Source: Promethearchaeota archaeon (GTDB lineage Archaea > Asgardarchaeota > Lokiarchaeia > Sigyniarchaeales > SOKP01). Taken from it: a stretch of 64,000 bases of DNA. The stretch is taken from assembly GCA_030603385.1 (NCBI GenBank), contig JAUVXW010000001.1, positions 160,001-224,000 on the forward strand, read 5' to 3'. The translations under genes and the position numbers were made by a program. Shown in pieces: positions 40,430 to 50,922 of this stretch. Position 1 is the stretch's first letter. Each line of letters starts with the position of its first letter. The notes below the pieces were generated by a model, which worked only from the letters and a program-made list of their open reading frames with translations, made no database searches and was not told the DNA's origin.

Positions 40430-42088
40430 GTGAAAATTATGTTTAATCGAGCATTTAAAAACTTCTTGACTAAGAAACCTTCAAAAGTGGATTTATATCC
40501 ATATTTATATTCAATTTCTTTTGGAGAATTAGGAAAACCTAAAGAAGAGATTAGAACTGAACCAATTAAATGTAGTAATTGTGGTGCGATCTTCACTGAT
40601 ACTGACTTAATTCAAGTAGATTCACAAAAGGGTTCTTATTATGTATGCGAATTCTGTGGGACAATTAATACAATAGACAAATCTAAGATTGAGAAAAAGC
40701 TCCCAAATGACATAGATATTATTTTAATAGAAGCGTTAAAAAAAGGACCAAAAAAAGAAGAAAAGATAACAAAAATGGATAAAACTGAGGGAGATCTTTA
40801 TATTTCTGTAATCGATATCTCTGGTAGTATGAGTGGTGCTAAAATTGAAGCTGTTAAGAAATCATTAATTCAAACTTTAAAAGATTTCAAGATTAATTCT
40901 CCTTCCACTAAATACTTATTAATCGCATTTGAGAGCTCAGTTTACTATTATTTAAAACATGATAAAAATCCTCTTAACTTTAGTGGAGATTTACTCTTTT
41001 CTTTAGAAAGAATAAAAGATCAGTTGATTAAATCAATAAAAAAGGAAAAGTTTTTAGGTTCCATAGGAGAATTCGCTGATGGTTGGATAAGAAAAGTTGA
41101 AGATCTTAGATCGATGGATATGACCGCCTTGGGGCCCGCACTATATTTTGCAATTAATTCTTTTGAATTATTCAAACATACAGGAAGAATTACATTACTA
41201 ACTGATGGATTGGCAAATCAAGGGATAGGTAATTTATCTGGTACCAGTCCTGGTGCTGAAAAATTTTATGAAAATATGGCAGAATTATGTAATCAACACA
41301 AAATTATTGTTGATGTTGTAGGAGTATCAACTTCTGGAGATAATAATGAAATGGGGTTACAAACCTTAGGAAAACTCACAGATAAGACTGGTGGAACATT
41401 ATATTTAATATCAAGTGAAGAGATGGAAGAGATCTTCTCCGAACTTAGGCAAATGAGGTATATAGGAAAAGATGTAAAGGTTAAAGTTATTGTTCCCCCA
41501 AGCATTATTATCAAGAATATTACGGGAGCATACAGTTCTAAAAGTGCTATTAAAGGTTCTGAAATAAACTTAGGGGCAATTACAGAGGATAGAGAATTAT
41601 TCTTAGAACTAGAATCCGCTAAAGAACTAGTTGAAAAAGAAGAAGTTCCTATACAACTTCAAGTAGAATACATTGATAACGATGGTCGCAAAAGAATGAG
41701 AGTTATTAATGATCGGGTAAAGGTGACTAAAGATGAAAATAAATTTAAATCTCAATATAACCAGAAATTTAACGTTATGATGAATATTCAAACTGCCGGA
41801 CGGAGTTATTACGCAGGAAAAGCTAAAGAATCAAAAGCACGATTGAGAAGTTTAAGAGATGAAATGTTGGGTGAAATGAAACATTTAAAATCAGTTAATA
41901 TGACTTTCGCGGAAAAAGATTTTACTGAGGGATTAGCTTTTCTAGACGACGAATTAGAAGAAATTGAAATGGAAGAAGTAAAGGGAACTCAAGCACCCAC
42001 ACTGAGTTTTTTGGCTGTAAAAGGTCAAAAACGAGCAAGAATGTCATCAGGTGCCCTAAAAAAGCGGATGGAAAAAAAGAAAAAATAA
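40430..42088 (+). CDS. Sec23/Sec24-like zinc finger plus vWA domain protein
   Basis: PIKCSNCGA...YVCEFCGTIN; DISGSM, TALGPAL, LLTDG; beta-sandwich and helical C-terminus. Confidence 0.75.
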   Translation: MKIMFNRAFKNFLTKKPSKVDLYPYLYSISFGELGKPKEEIRTEPIKCSNCGAIFTDTDLIQVDSQKGSYYVCEFCGTINTIDKSKIEKKLPNDIDIILIEALKKGPKKEEKITKMDKTEGDLYISVIDISGSMSGAKIEAVKKSLIQTLKDFKINSPSTKYLLIAFESSVYYYLKHDKNPLNFSGDLLFSLERIKDQLIKSIKKEKFLGSIGEFADGWIRKVEDLRSMDMTALGPALYFAINSFELFKHTGRITLLTDGLANQGIGNLSGTSPGAEKFYENMAELCNQHKIIVDVVGVSTSGDNNEMGLQTLGKLTDKTGGTLYLISSEEMEEIFSELRQMRYIGKDVKVKVIVPPSIIIKNITGAYSSKSAIKGSEINLGAITEDRELFLELESAKELVEKEEVPIQLQVEYIDNDGRKRMRVINDRVKVTKDENKFKSQYNQKFNVMMNIQTAGRSYYAGKAKESKARLRSLRDEMLGEMKHLKSVNMTFAEKDFTEGLAFLDDELEEIEMEEVKGTQAPTLSFLAVKGQKRARMSSGALKKRMEKKKK

Positions 42089-42112
42089 AAGTAGAAGTGA
42101 TTTCTCAAGCAC

Positions 42113-43141
42113 TTACTCAGAAATTTCAAGTATAGCTCTTCCTACGAATTCTCCTCTCTCCAATTCCTCAAAAACTTCATTTATCTCTGAGAGCTTCGCG
42201 GTTCTGCCTACATGAGTTTTTACTTTACCCTCTGCTGCTAACTGAACTAGTTCTCTCATTTCCTCAACAGTACCAACTAGGGACCCAATTATATGAAGTC
42301 CTTTTAATATAAAGCCAAATGGATCGACTGATATTGACCCTTCACTGAAAGCAGGTAATCCTACTGCGATTAGGACCCCCCCACGCTTGAGCAACTTCAA
42401 ACCGAGTTCAAAACCAGCTACTTTTGATGAGAATACTATGCTTGCGTTCACACCCTTGTATTTCTTGGAGATTGTCTCTATCGCTTCACTAACATCTATA
42501 GCATCATCTGCACCCATTTTTCTGATGAAATCTAATTTCTTAGGGCCTATATCGACTCCAATGACTTTATATCCAAAGGCTTTGGCTATCTGTACACCAT
42601 AATGGCCAAGTCCTCCTGCAGCTCCAATAATAGCTATCGATTTACCCATTTGAATTCCGAAGATAGTAAGTTTTTTGATTGCACTATATGCCGTTAAACC
42701 AGCACACGCTAATGGTACTTCTGTATTATCGATTTCATCAGGTAGTTTTACTAAAGCTTTCGCCCAGACAGATATATATTCACCATAAGCACCTATCAAT
42801 TGCCTTTGCTGTGAACAGAGCATAGGTTTACCAGCAAGACAATGTTCACAAGCACCACACCAGTATGCACCTGCAGTACCACCTAGACCTAATATCACTC
42901 TGTCTCCTTTCTTTACAAATCTCTCAGCACCAGGTCCTAGATCTTCTACTATTCCTATCGCTTCATGTCCCAGTGGAAATGGTGGTTTAACTACTGGCCA
43001 ATCACCATTAGAGAGATGTAAATCTGAATGACAAACACCCGCCGTAGAAATTTTAACTAAAGCCTCTTCGTGTCCTGGAGAAGGTTTAGGTATATCTTTA
43101 ATACTTATACTACCAATTTTTTCAACTATAGCTGCTCGCAT
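42113..43141 (-). CDS. zinc-dependent alcohol dehydrogenase (MDR, AdhP-like)
   Basis: GVCHSDLH, GHE, CGACEHC...C, CAGLTAY, GAAGGLG. Confidence 0.92.
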   Translation of the reverse strand: MRAAIVEKIGSISIKDIPKPSPGHEEALVKISTAGVCHSDLHLSNGDWPVVKPPFPLGHEAIGIVEDLGPGAERFVKKGDRVILGLGGTAGAYWCGACEHCLAGKPMLCSQQRQLIGAYGEYISVWAKALVKLPDEIDNTEVPLACAGLTAYSAIKKLTIFGIQMGKSIAIIGAAGGLGHYGVQIAKAFGYKVIGVDIGPKKLDFIRKMGADDAIDVSEAIETISKKYKGVNASIVFSSKVAGFELGLKLLKRGGVLIAVGLPAFSEGSISVDPFGFILKGLHIIGSLVGTVEEMRELVQLAAEGKVKTHVGRTAKLSEINEVFEELERGEFVGRAILEISE

Positions 43142-43287
43142 TATAATTTTTCCTTTCTCTTCTTTTTAAAAACTATAAAATATCGAATTTTTCTGTATAT
43201 TATATCTGAATATTTAATCTTTTCTTAAGTTGGTTATTTTCAAAAGTAAAAAAAAATTTTTAAATCCATATAGTACTAATTCTAATA

Positions 43288-44124
43288 CTATTGATTCTTT
43301 TCAAATATTCCTTGAATCACCTCAATTCGTCCTTCCTTGAGGTTACGGACAATATTCCTCCATTTTGTAGAAGGATCCGCGACTATGAGACCAAGACTAA
43401 TTGGTTGAGGATTTTTAGATCGAGGTTTGCTTCTCGCACGCTCGATTCCTTCAAGTATTTCTTTTGTTTCATCCTTCCATGAAAGTTCTTTAAATCCGCT
43501 ATTACTGATAAGTTGACGAAGTTCGCTAGCTGTGAAGAGAAAATTGATATCAGGATTATTTGCCCATATCACAGGGAAGTGTATAGGTGTAATCGAACCA
43601 GCGCAGATTGTGTTAAGTGCTAAACGACCCTTTGGATAGAGAACACGCTTAGATTGAGAGAGAACTCGTTCCTTGTTCTCGATGTTCATTAAGACATGTT
43701 GCATAAACACAATATCGAAGATCTCATTATCAAAAGGCATATTTAGCGCATTTCCCTGCCGAATTTCTATTTTATTACTTAATCCTACCCTATCGTTAAT
43801 AATTTCTGTGGCATTGCAATATTCTTCACAGAGTTCGAGTCCTATAATATGACATCCAAACTCAGAAGCTAATGTCCGAGCAGGACCCCCAATACCGCAC
43901 CCAATATCAAGTACTCTCATACTTTCATTAAGGCCAACGGCTCTAGCAAGTTCTATGGTTGCCGATCTTCCACGCAGATGAAGCTCCTCAATTGGAGCAA
44001 GAATATCTTGAATTAATCTTGCAGTATCTAAACCTTCACCTTCTAATATCGCGAGAATTTTCTTACCGAGATCTGACTGTCCGTATTGGGCATTTATAGC
44101 TTTTTCGTAGTTCAAACTAAACAA
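43288..44124 (-). CDS. class I SAM-dependent methyltransferase
   Basis: VLDIGCGIGGPAR, GNALNMPF, FDIV, HVLMNI. Confidence 0.88.
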   Translation of the reverse strand: MFSLNYEKAINAQYGQSDLGKKILAILEGEGLDTARLIQDILAPIEELHLRGRSATIELARAVGLNESMRVLDIGCGIGGPARTLASEFGCHIIGLELCEEYCNATEIINDRVGLSNKIEIRQGNALNMPFDNEIFDIVFMQHVLMNIENKERVLSQSKRVLYPKGRLALNTICAGSITPIHFPVIWANNPDINFLFTASELRQLISNSGFKELSWKDETKEILEGIERARSKPRSKNPQPISLGLIVADPSTKWRNIVRNLKEGRIEVIQGIFEKNQ

Positions 44125-44383
44125 ATCCTTCTTGTTTGAATACTACAATATCATATCTTTAAAAAAAGTTATGTAATTAAAAAAAATAAATATATGAAAT
44201 AATGTTTCACTTATTTTTTTCTTTTGATTAAGAAAAGGCTTATTCCCATAACACCGGTAGATCTCCTCATCAAGAATAAAGATGGTAAAGAAAAGGTTTT
44301 AGAAAACTACAATACCATATTTTTAAAAAAAGTTATTAAAAAAAAATAGATAAAAAATTTGTATGTTAGCAACATAAAATTGG

Positions 44384-44590
44384 CTATATTAAACTAATAG
44401 CAATTTTCATGTCAGCTGCTGTTACTTTCTTTCTGCCAGAGTGTTTTGCAATGTCAAGCGCGCAACCAGTTAGACCTTTAGCATATTCTTCTAAATAATC
44501 CATTAATTTATCAACTGCAGCTCGACTTACGATTTCTGCTCCGGCTTTTTTCATTAGAGCCCTTAATGGACTCCATGCAAATGCTGCCAT
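44384..44590 (-). CDS. archaeal histone (HMf-like)
   Basis: PLRALMKKAGAEIVS, AKHSGRKKVTAAD. Confidence 0.92.
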   Translation of the reverse strand: MAAFAWSPLRALMKKAGAEIVSRAAVDKLMDYLEEYAKGLTGCALDIAKHSGRKKVTAADMKIAISLI

Positions 44591-45157
44591 TTTTTTATTC
44601 CTCCACTAATTTTTAATTTAAGTTTGTTTTATTTAAAATTAAATACTTTGATAAAATTGATGTATTTATAATTCTAAATTGTTTTTTCTTGTATATAAAT
44701 GTGTTGGTTGTTTTTTTATAACCGAGCAATTTGATCAACTAGATTTAATCGACAAAAAAAAGTGGGATAGAAAAAAAACTTTTTTTTTATTAGTAAATTC
44801 CAATAATATGATCTGATCAAAATCTGAGATCATTTGGGGCACTTTATGATCTTGAACCAGTAATTTCATTATGAAATGGTCAAAATCTATAACCAAACCT
44901 CATTAGATCTTTTATGAAATAAATCTTCGAGCAAGCTAACAGCCTAAATATTCGTATAAAAATATAGTGAAGCGGAAAATCTCTCCATTACTTTTGAAAA
45001 TAAGGATAGAGATTTGTTAAACAATAGTAGAATTGCATTACGGGCGATTATAAAAGATGAAAAAGTCTATAATCTACTTTATCCAATATTGGCTCAAAAG
45101 GTCTCGAAGAGATATTAAATATAAATAAGTAAAAATATTATTAGATTAGAATAATAA

Positions 45158-45173
45158 TGTATACTAGTATACA
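45158..45173. promoter_or_regulatory. 16-bp perfect palindrome, probable toxin-antitoxin autorepression operator
   Basis: TGTATACTAGTATACA, 14 bp before the antitoxin ORF. Confidence 0.6.
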
Positions 45174-45187
45174 AAGATACAAAAAAG

Positions 45188-45472
45188 GTGATTTTCATAA
45201 GCACCATACGGATTGATAAAAAACATTTAAAATTGTTGGATAAATTGATTTCTCATTTAATATTACGAGGAAATAAAATAAGCAAGAAGGATTTTGTAGC
45301 AAAGCTGATAGAGGATGCAATGATAGCTGAAGGTCTTGAAGAAAATGAATCTTCAGATTCAATAATGGATGATCACGCATGGAAGGGATTGGAAGATGTT
45401 TTTGAGTTAGGTATTGAAGATTTATCGGAAAAAGTCGATGAATTCTTATATCAGTTAAATGAGGAAGAATAA
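45188..45472 (+). CDS. putative antitoxin (RHH-like N-terminus, acidic C-terminus)
   Basis: STIRID strand followed by helices; DLSEKVDEFLY tail; overlaps the PIN gene. Confidence 0.7.
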   Translation: MIFISTIRIDKKHLKLLDKLISHLILRGNKISKKDFVAKLIEDAMIAEGLEENESSDSIMDDHAWKGLEDVFELGIEDLSEKVDEFLYQLNEEE

Positions 45473-45884
45473 AATGGCTGTTTTTTTAGATACAGGATTT
45501 TTATTAGCAGTTAAGAACAAAGATGATAAAAATTTCCAAATTGCACAATCTTGGATGAGGAGGTTTCTAAAAAATGAATTCGGGGAGATATTTACATCAA
45601 CATTAGTGTTTAATGAATTGGTGACCTTAGCATTGGTAAGAATAAAACGTCCTGATTTTGCGATAAATCTAGGAAATTATATTTTGAAGAGTAGAAAGAT
45701 AAAGATTATTAGTCTTACGGATGACGATTTTAAGAATTCTTGGGAGATCTTTCAAAAATATAAGGAAAAAAGATTATCTTTTACTGATAGCTCCATTTTA
45801 ATTCAGTGCAAACGTTTAAACTGCAATTTTTTAGCTACCTTTGATAAACATTTTAAAGGTTTAATACCCTCAAATTTAAATTGA
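45459..45884 (+). CDS. vapC: VapC-type PIN-domain toxin
   Basis: VFLDTGF, VFNE, LSFTDS, ATFDKHF. Confidence 0.88.
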   Translation: MRKNKMAVFLDTGFLLAVKNKDDKNFQIAQSWMRRFLKNEFGEIFTSTLVFNELVTLALVRIKRPDFAINLGNYILKSRKIKIISLTDDDFKNSWEIFQKYKEKRLSFTDSSILIQCKRLNCNFLATFDKHFKGLIPSNLN

Positions 45885-45972
45885 TCTCGCTATTATTAGT
45901 AGTAGTACTTGTTTAGGGGGGGCAACACGGGGGAGGGAGATTAAATTTATAGATACGTATTACTAAAAAATA

Positions 45973-46740
45973 TCATTTTAGTTTTCTTGCTTTAATAATG
46001 AATCTATGATCATTCGAGTCTAATTCTAAATATCCCCTTTCATCGATATGCGAGTGAATTTCCAGTAATTTATTATAATATTTCTCTATAGAAAAACCAG
46101 GTAGTTCCCAAGGAACAGCTTTAAGGTGATAAACTATAGCTCCAACATCAAAAATTCTTGTTGATGTGATATTTTCTTTTCTTTCTAATATCTCAAAACC
46201 AGTCGTTTCTAATTTGTTTACTGCATAATCTAGATTCCATTCTATTTCAATTTCTAGTTCTTCCCTTCCAGTTAAAAGAAGCCTGAGTTTTGAGTCGTTT
46301 TTATCTCCAACTTGTTGAGTAATGAAAATTCCGTTAGATTTGAGAACTCTATATATTTCTATTTGGGAGTAAAATTCATGGCGATTAATGATTAAATCAA
46401 ATTCTTCATCCTTGAAGGGAAGGTGCTCATCATCTTTGCAATAAAATACCTTCGCACCTAAAGGTTCTAATTTTTTTTTAGCAATAGACACGTTAGGTTC
46501 ATATTTTTCAGTAGCACAAGTATGTTTTGGTAAAGGTACAAGGGATGATAAAAATTCACCTCCTCCTGTTCCCATGTCTAGAAGAGATTCAGACTTCCTT
46601 ATAAGAGGTAAAAGCATACTTGTATAACTCCAAGTTAAAGGAGCATTTACGATCCTATCACTAATATACGAAAAATCCCACCCTGAGAAAGGATGATCAG
46701 CTTCTGAAATAAGAAAATTAAATAGTTCATTACTTCTCAT
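45973..46740 (-). CDS. SAM-dependent methyltransferase
   Basis: FSGWDFS, LLDMGTGGGE, FDLIINRH, FITQQVG. Confidence 0.85.
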   Translation of the reverse strand: MRSNELFNFLISEADHPFSGWDFSYISDRIVNAPLTWSYTSMLLPLIRKSESLLDMGTGGGEFLSSLVPLPKHTCATEKYEPNVSIAKKKLEPLGAKVFYCKDDEHLPFKDEEFDLIINRHEFYSQIEIYRVLKSNGIFITQQVGDKNDSKLRLLLTGREELEIEIEWNLDYAVNKLETTGFEILERKENITSTRIFDVGAIVYHLKAVPWELPGFSIEKYYNKLLEIHSHIDERGYLELDSNDHRFIIKARKLK

Positions 46741-46874
46741 AAAAAATCACACAAAATTTAATTATAGCAAATTCAAGCTTCTAATTATTTCAAAATTCTT
46801 TCTTTAAACAATATTATCTGTATTAATAATTTTTAAAAAGGATTTATGTTAAAATGTAATATATTTAGAAATAA

Positions 46875-48068
46875 TTGAATTTAAAAATGAATTATGATGT
46901 AGTAGTTTCGGGAGCAGGTCCGGCAGGTTCTAAGTGTGCTGAAGTTATAGCAAAAGCGGGTTATAAAGTTGCTTTAATTGAAAAAGATATAAATTATCGA
47001 AAGCCATGTGGTGGGGGGCTCCCTAGAGCTAGCATATATAAATATTACCCGCAATTGAGGAAATTAGATTTGGTTAAAAAAAATGCAATTTTAATGTTTT
47101 CTGCCGATCATCATAAACTCGAACACTCTTATAAAGATTCTGAAGATAACCCAATTGTAATAGATAGGTTGGAGTTTGATAATTTAGTGAGAAATGTAGC
47201 AGTTGAGGCTGGAGCGGAACTCTTTGATAAGAATATATCATACGACTTCATATATAAAGATCAAAAAAGAGTTGGAATTAGAACAAAAACGCCCTTAGGT
47301 GTAAAGGAATATTTAGCTAATATAATTATTATTGCAGATGGAATGAGCTCTAAACTAGCTAACAAATCGGGATTAAGGGGGAAATGGAAACCTCTAGAAA
47401 TAGGCATAGGTAAAGTCGAGATTTTAGAGGGTCACAATAATTTAAATGAGAGGTGTACATATTTCTTTTTTAAAGAATATGGGTATAACTGGATCTTCCC
47501 AATAGATAAACAGAAATTCAATATTGGGTTAATTACGTATTACGAGAGTAATTTAAAATATAACTTAAATAATCTGTTTAAGGAATTCCTCCATGAGGTG
47601 CGTAATAAAAACCTGCTGTTAGAAAAAGATTATAAAGTAATATGGTCAGCATCATTTCCTGAGCCAGCAACGGGAGTTTTGGAAAAAAGTCTTTATGGTG
47701 ATAATATAATTCTTATAGGTGACGCAGCGGGATTTGTTGCTCCTATCAGCGGAGAAGGTATTCATGGTGCCATTGTCTCTGGTCAAGTAGCTGGAGAAAC
47801 TTCTATAGGTGCTATAGAAAAAGAAGATTTTACAGTGAATTCTCTTAAGGAGTTTAAAAAACATCCAAAAATTAGAAAGATTATTAGAATGTTTAAATTC
47901 CAACATAAATTTGTAAATTTCATTTACGAAAACGAGGGTGAAAACATTAATAAAGCCTTTAAGATGGCAGAAGAGAGTAGTGAATTTAAACAAATAATTA
48001 TAAATACCTTTATTTTCGGTCAAACACCCCCTAAAGATTTTATTTCGCAAATAAAAGGTATGAATTAA
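46875..48068 (+). CDS. geranylgeranyl reductase family FAD oxidoreductase (paralog 1)
   Basis: GAGPAG, KPCGGG, ADG, YNWIFP, GDAAGFVAPISGEGI. Confidence 0.88.
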   Translation: MNLKMNYDVVVSGAGPAGSKCAEVIAKAGYKVALIEKDINYRKPCGGGLPRASIYKYYPQLRKLDLVKKNAILMFSADHHKLEHSYKDSEDNPIVIDRLEFDNLVRNVAVEAGAELFDKNISYDFIYKDQKRVGIRTKTPLGVKEYLANIIIIADGMSSKLANKSGLRGKWKPLEIGIGKVEILEGHNNLNERCTYFFFKEYGYNWIFPIDKQKFNIGLITYYESNLKYNLNNLFKEFLHEVRNKNLLLEKDYKVIWSASFPEPATGVLEKSLYGDNIILIGDAAGFVAPISGEGIHGAIVSGQVAGETSIGAIEKEDFTVNSLKEFKKHPKIRKIIRMFKFQHKFVNFIYENEGENINKAFKMAEESSEFKQIIINTFIFGQTPPKDFISQIKGMN

Positions 48069-48117
48069 ATATTTTATAAAAGAAGAACTCAATATCATTA
48101 AAACAGGTGTTATTAGC

Positions 48118-49302
48118 ATGTATGATGTAATAGTTTCAGGAGCTGGTCCAGCAGGATCCAGATGTGCAGAAATTTTAGCTCGGAATGGTTTTAATGTTGC
48201 ATTAATAGAAAGGGATACTAATTGGAGAAAGCCATGTGGGGGTGGCTTAAGTGCACGAATCATGAATAAATATTATCCACAACTAAGAAAGTTAAATCCT
48301 GTATTAAAAAAGGGCGGATTTATGTTTTCTGCTGATTTTCATAAAATAGAATATAATTGGGAAGGTTTTGGGGGAGATTCAGTCGTAATGGATCGATTAG
48401 AATTAGATAATTTGATTAGAGATATTGCAGTTGAAGCTGGAGCAGAACTTTTTGATAAAAATATTTCATTTGACTTTATCATTAAAAATCAGAAAAAAAT
48501 TGGAATTAAAACGAAAACTACATCTGGAACTAAAGAGTATTTAGGAAAAATAATAGTAATAGCTGATGGAATGAGTTCTAAATTAGCAGTAAAATCCGGT
48601 TTGAGAGAGCGTTGGAAAATTGAAAATATTGGATTGGCAAAATGCTCGATCATTGAAGGTAAAACAGATTTTGATGAGACGAAATCCTATATTTATTTTA
48701 GACCTTATAAAGGATATGGATGGGTTTTTCCTATAGATGATAAACGAATTAATATTGGTTGTGGTACATTTGAAGAAGATAATCTTAATTATAATTTAAA
48801 TCAGATTTATGATGATTTTATAAATAATCCTAATATTAAACAGTATTTTTCTGGATCTAATTATAAAAATAAATGGACAGGAGCGTTTCCACTTCCCGCG
48901 AAAGGGATATTAGAAAAGAGTTTATATGGAGATAATATCATGATCGTTGGTGATGCTGCTGGATTTGTGTCCCCAATTAGTGGGGAAGGTATTCATCCAA
49001 GCATAGTGTCTGGACAGGTCGCTGCTGAAACGGCAATTAAAGCGATTGATGAGGATGATATTTCTAAGAAATCTTTAAAGTCTTACAAACAACATCCCAA
49101 TATTAAGAAGATAATTAGGAATTTCAAATTAAAACGTTCAATGGTGGAATTTTTTTATGAAAATGAAGGAAAAAATCTTGATATAATGTTTAAATTAGCG
49201 GAAGCTGATGAAGATTTTAAAACTCAGGTTATAAATATGTTCTTTTCTAACGCTGCTCCTTCAAATGAATTTTTTACAAAAGTTAGAGCTTCAAGTATGT
49301 GA
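48118..49302 (+). CDS. geranylgeranyl reductase family FAD oxidoreductase (paralog 2)
   Basis: GAGPAG, KPCGGG, GYGWVFP, GDAAGFVSPISGEGI. Confidence 0.88.
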   Translation: MYDVIVSGAGPAGSRCAEILARNGFNVALIERDTNWRKPCGGGLSARIMNKYYPQLRKLNPVLKKGGFMFSADFHKIEYNWEGFGGDSVVMDRLELDNLIRDIAVEAGAELFDKNISFDFIIKNQKKIGIKTKTTSGTKEYLGKIIVIADGMSSKLAVKSGLRERWKIENIGLAKCSIIEGKTDFDETKSYIYFRPYKGYGWVFPIDDKRINIGCGTFEEDNLNYNLNQIYDDFINNPNIKQYFSGSNYKNKWTGAFPLPAKGILEKSLYGDNIMIVGDAAGFVSPISGEGIHPSIVSGQVAAETAIKAIDEDDISKKSLKSYKQHPNIKKIIRNFKLKRSMVEFFYENEGKNLDIMFKLAEADEDFKTQVINMFFSNAAPSNEFFTKVRASSM

Positions 49303-49414
49303 TTCACAAAATTAAATTTATAGAATTTTTTTATAAATTTTTCGCTCTCCAAGGTTTTAAAAGAGTGGGATTGGGTTTTTTTATTTAAAAACAACTCTAA
49401 AAATTGTGTATCAA

Positions 49415-49582
49415 ATGGGAACTGAAATAGAATTTATTCCTCGAATTGAATTATTGACCTGTCCATTTATCGAAAAATGTGAACTTCCAAAATTACGATT
49501 TTTATGTAAAATTCCTGAATGCAAGAATTGCATCGAATATAGGGATTGGTTAAAAAAACTAAAGTCCAGAATTCTTTATTAG
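49415..49582 (+). CDS. 55-aa Cys-rich small protein
   Basis: Hand translation MGTEIEFIPRIELLTCPFIEKCELPKLRFLCKIPECKNCIEYRDWLKKLKSRILY*. Confidence 0.55.
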   Translation: MGTEIEFIPRIELLTCPFIEKCELPKLRFLCKIPECKNCIEYRDWLKKLKSRILY

Positions 49583-49712
49583 ATTAAATTTAGATTTAAA
49601 ACAAAACCACTCACTTCTAAGTTCGGTATAGATAGATAAAATAATTATATAATCTATTATACTTAATCTTAGTTTAATGGAGATTAAATATTTGTAAGGA
49701 GAACTTTAAAAC

Positions 49713-50765
49713 ATGGGTGAAATCAATCCTAAAATTTTAGTAGTTTCTGATATTCATTTAGGTTCCTTGGATAGCGAAAAAGATTTATTTATTCAATTTT
49801 TAAGAAAAATTGTTAATGGAGAGTTTGAAACTGAATTAAAAGCCCTTATAATATTAGGAGATTTTATTGATTTATGTACAGATATTCCTAAAACTCTTTT
49901 AAAAAGGGAGCAAATCCAAGAAATATTCACTCTTTTACTAGAAATCAAAAGGAATATAAATCTCGTTTTTGTACTTGGAAATCATGAAATCCCTGTTACG
50001 GGAGATTACGATGAGAAATTTAAACGTCGAAAAGAAAAATTTTTGAGAAGGTTTAAGAGTAGCAAATTCGGTGAGTTGTTTGATAATGAGATTTACTATC
50101 AATATTTATTATTAAAAAAGTTAAACAACGAGGACATGCTTTTGTTATATGATACACGAGATCAAATTGAGGATAATCCTGTTAACAAGATAAGAATTGA
50201 TGGACTTGAATTAGAGGAGGATTATAGATGTTTTATGACGCATGGTTATCAATTCGATGGTGATGTATATCGCTTTTTTGTAGGACAGATATGGAAATCT
50301 TTAATCTCTAACAATAAATTTGAAATAAAAGAGACTTATGATTATTTTTGGAACGCAGTAATTAAAAATGGCAGAAAAATTAAACCTATTACATTTAGAA
50401 AGATGAAAGAAGAATTGGCTAACTTGAAAAATGAGTCAATAGAATCACAACATACCCTTTTCTCAGGATTAAATATTTTAGAATTTAATCTAATTAAAGC
50501 AAACATGCGTGTATTGAAAAAATGGGAACACGCTAGTAAACCTGATTACTATTTTGATGAGATAAAAAGGTTCTTAGAGGATGACGAATATGATTTATCA
50601 AAAATAAATCATTTAATATACGGACATTCGCACCATAAGGGAATGTATAAAGGAACGGTAAATGGCCATTCAATAGAAATTATTAACGATGGCTCATGGC
50701 AACATATGCATCCTTCCTATGTAGAAATTCTTAATCGGGGTAAAATCAATTTAAAATCTCTATAA
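49713..50765 (+). CDS. calcineurin-like metallophosphoesterase
   Basis: SDIHLG, GDFID, GNHE, HG, GHSH. Confidence 0.85.
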   Translation: MGEINPKILVVSDIHLGSLDSEKDLFIQFLRKIVNGEFETELKALIILGDFIDLCTDIPKTLLKREQIQEIFTLLLEIKRNINLVFVLGNHEIPVTGDYDEKFKRRKEKFLRRFKSSKFGELFDNEIYYQYLLLKKLNNEDMLLLYDTRDQIEDNPVNKIRIDGLELEEDYRCFMTHGYQFDGDVYRFFVGQIWKSLISNNKFEIKETYDYFWNAVIKNGRKIKPITFRKMKEELANLKNESIESQHTLFSGLNILEFNLIKANMRVLKKWEHASKPDYYFDEIKRFLEDDEYDLSKINHLIYGHSHHKGMYKGTVNGHSIEIINDGSWQHMHPSYVEILNRGKINLKSL

Positions 50766-50922
50766 GCTTAACCTTTTTTAAAGATTATGTAAAATTAACA
50801 ACAATTGTTAGTTTTAGAGATCAGTTGTACATTTAAATAATGTTCACAATTTATAAATCTCAACTTTTATTTTAAATTATTAATCTTAAAATATTTAATT
50901 CATTAGAGTTTAGATTTTATTA

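Noticed and set aside
44224-44370. Short open frame between the methyltransferase and histone genes
   Set aside because: Low-complexity Lys-rich translation with no motif or convincing start context.
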